NCBI GenBank assembly: GCA_051530055.1
Contig: JBMGUZ010000062.1
Span: forward strand, 1 to 15,789
DNA length: 15,789 nt
Direction of reading: 5' to 3'
Source of the DNA: Neoechinorhynchus agilis
Lineage: Eukaryota; Animalia; Acanthocephala
Shown: piece by piece, positions 1 to 7,189 of the stretch
How positions within the stretch are numbered: position 1 is the stretch's first letter
How the letters are laid out: every line of letters begins with the position of its first letter
Translations under genes and position numbers: made by a program
The notes under the pieces: generated by a model
The model's input: the letters and a program-made list of their open reading frames with translations, nothing else
Database searches by the model: none
Told to the model about the DNA's origin: nothing

Positions 1-59
1 GATCAGGCCAAGAAGATTATTTCTTCGTTTGGAATAGACGAGCGTACGTTTGCGCTGGT

Positions 60-626
60 GGCCTGCCAATAAGACCCTTGATAAACTATGATAGGAGGAA
101 TCGTCAATAAATGGCAACTCAAGAAACACACGATCCTTGTCCGATGTCACGACTATCGGCCTCCTAAAACCTAGCGCTCCTGATCACCTTCCTAACCAGA
201 TTCAACGGCTAACCCATCCGTCCTGATAATTCCAGGATAAAATCCAGTTCATGTTCGAGGCCAGTACTCGAGCTGCAATAAGCAAACGCTCTTCGTACCA
301 ACGATCTAACCATGAGGATCTGATATTCTCATGGTTGAGAGGAGATCCATGGAACCGCTCTATCGCAAACTACAAGGAAACTCAATCTACCGTCAGTCCC
401 GACATCCGTCGACCATTGAAAGTGCGGATCCTTAGTGCTGAGGTAATTCTGCAGGATAAAAAAGCAAACAGGGAATGGAGTGCAAATGCTCTGGAAAGGA
501 CTTAAGACGTCGTGGGACTCGCGTTCTATCATGGTATCGGCTGATGTGGTTTCATTATTCACAAATATTCCAGTAGATACTGCTGCCGAACTTGCTATAC
601 CAATCCTATGGACCTACGACAATTGA
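60..626 (+). mobile_element. Degenerate Penelope-like element reverse transcriptase fragment
   Basis: 531-596 translates MVSADVVSLFTNIPVDTAAELA, matching the Penelope/GIY-YIG RT motif vS.DV.SLFTNIP. The same frame gives GLPIRPLIN at 60-86, resembling the upstream PLRPIvs motif. In-frame stops lie between the two motifs, their spacing is longer than usual, and a stop follows at 624-626, so this is a relic. Confidence 0.6.
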
Positions 627-1105
627 CGATTTCATTTATTCTAAGCAAACACTCATTTTTTCCTTCTAAATATGAAAAGGTTTGTTTCAGGGTGCAATTT
701 TTACCTTCATTAACGATCAGTGTCACATCGTGGAAGAAGATTGAAGTTAGAAAAAAAACTGATTAAATAGCCCGGGGAAGAGTTTGACGGAAGAGATGAG
801 TGCTGATTTGTTTTTCTTATTTTAATATTAAAAAATATCAGATTGAAAATGTCGAGTTTAAGCATTCGGAAAACCAACAAAAAATCGACGTTAAAGCACA
901 AAAACGAGTTTAAATTGAACGGGAAAATTGTTCGTAGACGCTTATTCGTCGAGGTAAGTGATTACTTGTTTTCCAAAAGATTCTTGTTGATTATTATTCT
1001 ATTTTTGAGTTTGTCATCGATTGTTGTCAAAACATCTTGAGTATAAAAAGAGGCGATTCATCGTTCCAAAGTCAAACTTCTCTCTCTCTCCATCGAACCT
1101 TAAAA

Positions 1106-1786
1106 ATGATCGCTCTTCTCTGCTTCATAGCTTTCATTCCAATTGGTTTCAGCCGTGGAAACCAAAAACGCGAAGAATCGCCATTGCCGGAAGATCTGAG
1201 TGGATCGATAACAGTGAAGTATTATTATGCGTACCCGTTTACGAGAAATGAATCAAATTATACGGAGATTCAAGAAATCATTAAACCTTTTAATAAGAAG
1301 AGAACGTATGTTAAGCTGGAGAAATATTCCAGTGAATCTTATCCTGGACGTGTAGAAATACATGCAAGCGGAAGACATATCGAAAAATGTTATTATGCCT
1401 TGAAACAATATGAAAAGTCAAAATTTGAGGAATATTTCAAGTATAGCATCGATTTATTGAGAGATCGATGGATATTTGTGGTGTATTATGCGGACCCGGA
1501 TTCAAAAACGGATCAAAATTATAAGACGATTGAAAAAATCGTTACCAGTGATGATAAGTACAAATGCGTTCATTTGGAGAAACGGGACGATAAATCCAAG
1601 GCTAGAGATGTACACATATCCAAGGCTAGAGATGTACACATAAAAGGATTCGTACAAAGAGAAGAGATCAAAAATGGTAGCGCGGAGTTTCCGTACAAAG
1701 ACTCAGAATTTAAGTCCACTCTTGACAGGCACATCAATTTGCTTGAGGAGGGGAAGAAGATACTACTGGAAAATAAGCGTTACTGA
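1106..1786 (+). CDS. Predicted secreted protein of unknown family, 226 aa, with an internal ~88-aa duplication
   Basis: Long stop-free ORF in AT-rich DNA. ATG at 1106 opens a hydrophobic signal-peptide-like segment (MIALLCFIAFIPIGFSRG); the track's 1037 start is TTG. AATAAA at 1836-1841 follows the stop. Confidence 0.75.
   Translation: MIALLCFIAFIPIGFSRGNQKREESPLPEDLSGSITVKYYYAYPFTRNESNYTEIQEIIKPFNKKRTYVKLEKYSSESYPGRVEIHASGRHIEKCYYALKQYEKSKFEEYFKYSIDLLRDRWIFVVYYADPDSKTDQNYKTIEKIVTSDDKYKCVHLEKRDDKSKARDVHISKARDVHIKGFVQREEIKNGSAEFPYKDSEFKSTLDRHINLLEEGKKILLENKRY
1595..1642 (+). repeat. Perfect 24-bp tandem duplication (SKARDVHI x2) inside the CDS
   Basis: tccaaggctagagatgtacacata at 1595-1618 and 1619-1642; frame preserved. 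Confidence 0.95.
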
Positions 1787-2081
1787 GAACGACAGATCTC
1801 AGTTAGTTTCGATGGCTGTATCCATCGATAGTTTCAATAAATAGTTTTTTGGCATTCATTCGTAAAAAACTTTAGAACGGGTTCTCCGCTTTTTGTGTTC
1901 TAAAATTCAACTTTGAAACGATCGTTTCAAACACACAAAAAACCGCCGTTCCGAATAAACGAAATCTTAAAATTAGTATAAATGAAGGTGGAATCCCTTT
2001 CGAATTTAGAGGAGCCTTTCAACGTTTGGCCAAGGATTCGTTTTTGTATATTAAATTACTTCTGATATGTCATTTAATGAG

Positions 2082-2856
2082 CAGCACAACCAAAATTGTC
2101 CAACTTATCAACCTGGATGTTGTCTAAAGTGCTGTTGAGATTGAGAGATGAATTAGAGATTTAGAAATAAAAAGTAGATTGGCATTTGGAGGCTCTTTTA
2201 TGGTTTTCGTCGCCATGATTGTAAAAATACGCGATGTGTTCAAGTTTTATCCTTTGTTGTGTACATTTCGTTTGTAGAAATGAAGGCGAAATCCCTTTCT
2301 TAGCTGACAAAATGTTCACTTTCCTTGTCTTTTTCTCGATTATCTACTCGACAGTGAACATCGCCGCATTGTCGACGAATGCACCCGCAAAAAAGAATTG
2401 TTCATGTGAACTGGACAATTTCAACGTAAATTCTGAGACCGAAAAGGTGAATATCATTAAGAATAGAGGATGTTTTCAGAGTGAAGATCGATGCTGTGCA
2501 CTGCCTCCGAAATGCATTACTCAATGTCCTCGTCCATGTTTACAAACTTGCGGCCCTTGTCCGTGTGTCATCGATGAACCGCCAGTTATAAATGTTATCT
2601 GCTCGGACGCTCGATGTAATGGATACACAGCTCCTCCTTATTGCCAGCACAACCAAAATTGTCCAACTTATCAGCCTGGATGTTGTCTAAAGTGCTGTTG
2701 AGATTGAGAGATGAATTAGAGATTTAGAAATAAAAAGTAGATTGGCATTTGGAGGCTCTTTTATGGTTTTCGTCGCCATGATTGTAAAAATACGCGATGT
2801 GTTCAAGTTTTATCCTTTGTTGTGTACATTTCGTTAGTAGAAATGAAGGCGAAATC
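2082..2856 (+). repeat. 212-bp direct repeat pair (2082-2293 and 2645-2856), offset 563 bp
   Basis: Both copies run from cagcacaaccaaaattgtcc to gaaggcgaaatc. I found two substitutions (caacctgg/cagcctgg and cgtttgtag/cgttagtag). Confidence 0.95.
2312..2701 (+). CDS. Predicted secreted cysteine-rich protein, 129 aa, 19 Cys
   Basis: ATG 2312 opens a signal-peptide-like segment (MFTFLVFFSIIYSTVNIAALS). The mature part contains CITQCPRPCLQTCGPCPC and ends CCLKCC. AATAAA at 2729-2734. The upstream ATG at 2234 lies inside the duplicated segment and is less likely to be the start. Confidence 0.7.
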   Translation: MFTFLVFFSIIYSTVNIAALSTNAPAKKNCSCELDNFNVNSETEKVNIIKNRGCFQSEDRCCALPPKCITQCPRPCLQTCGPCPCVIDEPPVINVICSDARCNGYTAPPYCQHNQNCPTYQPGCCLKCC

Positions 2857-2929
2857 ACTTGCACTGAACCATTCGGTACGAGTTTGTACATTCCTCCGGA
2901 TTTGAATTACTTCTCTGAACCAAATCGGT

Positions 2930-3260
2930 GGGCTGTGTGCCCTAAAATTAACCCACACATCGGTAGAAAATTTGTTATTGTTTTCCGCGTGCTTTAAAGC
3001 ATCTCTCTAAGATTTTAGAGAAAGAAGCGAAGATAGAGATGAGCCGAAAACTTGAGGAGGATATAAGTTTAGATGCTTTCGGAAGCCGGGTTAGCTGAGC
3101 TGTTTTAAGGCAATTAGGGAAGATTCCGGTCTTGAAACTTTGATCGGTTATATGGGTAGGTGATTAAAATTAAATCTGGGATGATGAGGCGTAGAGCCCA
3201 GTTAGGAATGGGAGATTTAGGGGTTTCGTGGTAGTTTCCAGAGAAGCATGAGGATTCCAG
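2930..3260 (-). mobile_element. Degenerate non-LTR retrotransposon (CR1/L2/Jockey-like) RT fragment
   Basis: Minus-strand frames give IPNWALRLIIPDL, then DQSFKTGIFPNCLKTAQLTRLPKASKLISSSSFRLISIFASFSKILERCFKAR, then ENNNKFSTDVWVNFRAHS. These match the LINE RT N-terminal consensus N.S..tG.fP..wK.A.v.pi.K...yRPIS....sKilE...QyGFR..hS, with frameshifts. Confidence 0.8.
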
Positions 3261-3429
3261 GAGTTTTTCCCGTGCAATTAAAATATGAGTTGATTTCATG
3301 GTTTTAAAGACTTTTTCACAATCTCAAATATTGACACATTGATAAAAGTGAGAAAATGATCTCGATTGAGTTCCGCTTTGTGATTTCACGACAACAAAGT
3401 CTTTCCAATACAAATTTATCCGCTAGCTT

Positions 3430-6400
3430 TTAGTTTTCTTCACTCTTTTTAGTAGGATCTTCCCTCAAAGACACGGTCAAATTAAATATCAGTTTTGACT
3501 CTGGTATTGATTCCGGATCAACATTGAAGTATCCTAGTCGTTCAAATTGGAAAGACTGATAAGCTTTAACGTCTTTCATAAACCGATCTGCTTTCGCATC
3601 TTTAATAACAGTTAGAGAGTTAGGATTAACATCAGATAAGTATCCTCCAGGTACAGTGTTTGTATCTTCAGGATTTGGATGTATGAACAATTGATCGAAT
3701 ATTCTTAGCTCAACATTGATTGCGTCAGAAACCCAATGAATAAACGCTTGTGGTTTACACTCACATTTCTCGGCTTTCTCAGCACGGACCTTTAGGCTCA
3801 CAATTTCATTAGAATCGTTTTTGTTAACATCAGTGACAAAGATCACATATCCGCTATACCTAAGACCGACTGGTTGAGAAAGAGTGAGCCGCTTGTATCC
3901 ATCGTTTACAATGCCGACTTCTCGGAAATCAGATTTTTCGATAAAGATACAGTCAGGTTTAAACGTAATTCTATGTGTTTTGTTTTTTGTGTGTTCTTTA
4001 ATGTTCGGAAAATCCGGAACAACCAATTCCTCCATTGACTTTAAGTTACTGATCTCTACGGGAAGTGGCTCTTTTACAACCATCGCACGCGGTGCTGTCA
4101 AATTGAGAACTTCTCGAGTACAAGCATCAAGGAGAGAAGGGTGTAGAGTTGTTTGTGCAACTGTTATTCCGATTCGAGAACAAAATAAGTTGATGGCTTC
4201 AGGTGGAACGCCTCGTCGACGTAGAGCAGTCAATGTGAATAAACGAGGATCGTCCCAATCCTTAACGATGCCGGATTCGATTAGAGCCAATAATTTCCGT
4301 TTTGAAACAACCGCATAATATAGATTTAACCGACCGAATTCCCATTGAACTGGGCAATATAAATCAAGAGCGTTATGTGTCACAATGGTTTGTAGAAAGG
4401 TTTCAAAACACGAAAAAAGGAGACCAGTCATTTAAATAGTCTACTTTTCTGCACAAACATTTAATCGCTTAATTTATGATTTGAGATTATCAAGTTCTAA
4501 AAATAAGGCAATCAGTATACCGAAGTCGAGCGAACGCTGCTGAATTGTCACTAAATTCTTTTAATTTTTATAATGCCTGATAAAAGCTAATTTTGTTAAA
4601 TTAAATTAGCTTTTATTGGTCAACTTGAAAGACTGATTTATGTTCGTATTTTTAATAAATTGCAGAAAGGTCTTCTGTCTCAATATTCAGCTAAGAACAT
4701 GAATGCACCTTAAAAGTTGACCACTAAAAACTAATTTAAGAATCCAATTACCTCGGCGTGTAAAAAATTTAACGAATTTATTGATTCCGATTAATTTTGG
4801 CATCACAATCTTGACCTGTGTATATCTCAAAGTTTCTTGTAAGTTTTTAAGACAAGATTGTTTCCTTCGAAACCAATCGGAATCAATAAATTCTTTTAAT
4901 TTTTTCCAAGCCAAATAAAAACATGTAATCCTCAAAAACACTAAAATTAGTTTTCTAGATTATTAAAATCTCTGAAAAACCACTATGACATTGTACACAA
5001 CCAATAATAAGCAGATCGTCGAGATTGAAACTCCTTAGTGCACAATGAATGTGAAATATCCTCAAATGAGTCATTCAAGCAATGGGTAAAGTCATAAGTA
5101 GGATAAATGCACCATTTATCTCCAGTTCGTGCATGATGAGCATATTTAATCCTATATGCAACCGGATCCATTTTACCATCTTCCATTGTGTACTTCATCC
5201 TTAAAGTAGCTTCTCCTTCATCGAATAGTCCATTTTTCATTTGTTCAAATAGAACCAACGATTCGTTCGATGATCGATTTCTCCATGGTGAAATCAATGT
5301 TTGATGACCTTTTAGATCATCAACGTTTTGATGACAAACATAGGCTAATTCACGTCTAATAAGATCTTTGGCCAATTCATACATCCTATCGAAATAGTCT
5401 GAAGCGTAAGTGATCTTATATGGTTTGTAGCCGAGCCATCGAACCATATCAATAATTCCAATAAAGAACTTTAACTCTTCTTTTTCAGGATTTGTATCAT
5501 CAAACCGCAGATATGTTATTCCTTTGCATTGCCGAGCGAATCCGAAGTTAAAATTTATCGATTTAGCATGACCAATGTGGAGAATTCCATTTGGTTCAGG
5601 AGGAAATCGCGTTATTACCTGTCCTTTCGTCCGCTTTAGATGCTCTTTAATAAGGTTCATAGTGTTTGAAGTTGTCACATATCCGTCAGTTTTGTAGTTT
5701 TCTCCAGGTTTGTGAAATTGGTCCATAAGTGATCGGAAATCGAAGTTCACAATTAGACCTTCCGTTGGATCGAGTTTAAGATTACTTGCGTTATCATCCA
5801 GTTGCTTCCTAGTAGCCTTACGATCCTTCGAATCCGTACGAGGTCCCAACACTTCCAATATATGCCGATCCACCTCAGCTTTCAAGGCACAACCATCGGC
5901 CCATCGAAGTCTTCTATCAAGTGATTTTGTTTTGCTTATCAATCTACCAATGGGATAATTATAGCCTTGTGTGATCAATTGATCTCTGACATCCGCAATC
6001 GTTGAATTTACCGCTTTCTTGATATCATCTTGGCTCACTTTAACACCCACTCCACAATATAAATCAAAATCTTCATCTTTTGAATGGTTTAATAGAGCCA
6101 AGATCATTGCAAAAACTCGTTTGGTCGACTATTTTATTCAAAGTAAAATCACGAGCAACTCTAAGCTCAAAAACCATCGGGTTTTTTTAATGTTTTGGAT
6201 TATTAAGGGGCGAAGAGACTTTCTTTTTCTTAGTTTTTCACCCCCCAAGGGAATTAAAATTTACTAATTTATTTCTCCGATATGAAATACATTTCTTCAT
6301 CAGGGTTTGAATATTTCGTCGATGTACAAAAAACCCAGACGCAGTTAAAGGTTCCCAAAATTATCGAAAATTTGAATAGGAAAGTAAGAAATACAATTCT

Positions 6401-6964
6401 TCATTAAGGTTTTAATATTTAGTCGATGTACAAAAAAGTCTCGTGTAATTTAAGGTTCCCAAAATGATCGAAAATTCGAATAGAAAGGTAAAAAATAGAT
6501 TTCTTCATCAAGGTTTGAATATTTCGTCGATGTACAAAAAAAGCATCTAGAATTTTTTCGGTTTTCTTTAGCCTCAGCAAATGCATCGGAAATAAGCCTA
6601 AGCGATTTTATCAGCAAAAATGGATAAAAATGGAGAAAAGGAATCTACCATTAACAGCGATAATCTCGTCTGATTGTAAGATAAACTCAATACCGGCAGC
6701 AACCTGGTCAGTTTTAGTGAACCGTCCATCACAGATATAATCCACTAATTTCCAACGATCTTCATCCCGGATTTGCGGTCTTAATCGACTTGCCAACGCA
6801 TACAATAAAGTACCAATGGGACTATCTTTTTCGTTCAATTCTCTATTTAATCGACTTTCAACCGAGGTTATCAGCTCGTAGAACACTTTCGATAAGTTCT
6901 TGTTTTTGAGGGTCTCTTCAGCCTTTTGGTTCGAAAGCCCGCAACGTACAAACGATCCCAACAT
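3430..6964 (-). CDS. QARS1: Glutaminyl-tRNA synthetase, eukaryotic type with N-terminal extension; exons ~6964-6647, ~6074-4995, 4374-3430; about 780 aa
   Basis: Exon 1 [13 protein letters not shown] and LLYALASRL match the eukaryotic GlnRS N-domain. Exon 2 has [34 protein letters not shown] (HIGH motif), [18 protein letters not shown] and [11 protein letters not shown]. Exon 3 has [24 protein letters not shown] (KMSKS equivalent), [22 protein letters not shown] and FQFERLGYF. Exact junctions are uncertain by up to 2 nt. Confidence 0.97.
4375..4994 (-). other. GlnRS intron 2 / insertion, 620 nt, non-canonical ends (AC...AT, or GT...AC if shifted 2 nt)
   Basis: Removing 620 nt joins TGG TTG TGT to AAC GCT CTT GAT (WLC-NALD, as in human WLCNALD). 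The nearest upstream AG (4442-4441) is followed by an in-frame TAA (4434-4432). Confidence 0.75.
6075..6648 (-). other. GlnRS intron 1, 572 nt (GT-AG at 6648-6077, or AG-AT at 6646-6075)
   Basis: Joins [13 protein letters not shown] to (D/G)[11 protein letters not shown] in frame, aligning with human [24 protein letters not shown]. Confidence 0.8.
6291..6543. repeat. 104-bp tandem repeat, about 2.4 copies, inside GlnRS intron 1
   Basis: ttcttcat...gtcgatgtacaaaaaa...aaggttcccaaaat.atcgaaaatt recurs, with the anchor at 6293, 6397 and 6501. Confidence 0.9.
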
Positions 6965-7189
6965 ATCGCCAATCTCAATTCAATAAAACACAACGCACTC
7001 GTTGTTAGACGTGTCCTCGAAGCTTACAACGAACTTTTAATCTTAAATTGCTCAGGACGATCTTTTATCTGAAAAATCGGTGATTTCAAACGACCTTTTC
7101 TTATCACGAGCTTTAGGAAACCTAATCAAAACTTTGCTAGAGAAGATATCTTAGGCTTTTTCAATATTTTCGTTCATAAACTGAAGAGG

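Noticed and set aside
200-560. Possible hammerhead ribozyme near the Penelope relic (hairpin 308-336, CTGATA motifs)
   Set aside because: I found no complete CTGANGA...GAAA core on either strand.
251-562. 84-aa and 77-aa ORFs at the window start
   Set aside because: No recognisable motifs; they overlap the decayed RT region in other frames.
843-1040. 65-aa ORF with a GTAAGT at 954, considered as an upstream exon of the secreted-protein gene
   Set aside because: No homology or frame evidence, and the gene already begins with a signal peptide at 1106; at most a 5' UTR intron.
3884-4318. 144-aa plus-strand ORF
   Set aside because: Antisense shadow of GlnRS exon 3, with no independent motif.
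4375-4431. ORF-track start [19 protein letters not shown] as a separate gene (split GlnRS)
   Set aside because: These residues have no counterpart in GlnRS, and homology resumes exactly at NALD, so intron sequence is the simpler explanation.
4687-4941. 84-aa ORF inside the anomalous GlnRS intron, considered as a transposase or extra exon
   Set aside because: No DDE or HTH features and no GlnRS similarity; GlnRS is already complete without it.
4375-4994. U12 (AT-AC type) minor intron, or stop readthrough by an alternative genetic code, as the explanation of the GlnRS break
   Set aside because: There is no ATATCCTT/GTATCCTT donor or TCCTTAAC branch site. The length is not a multiple of 3, and TAA serves as the normal stop of GlnRS.
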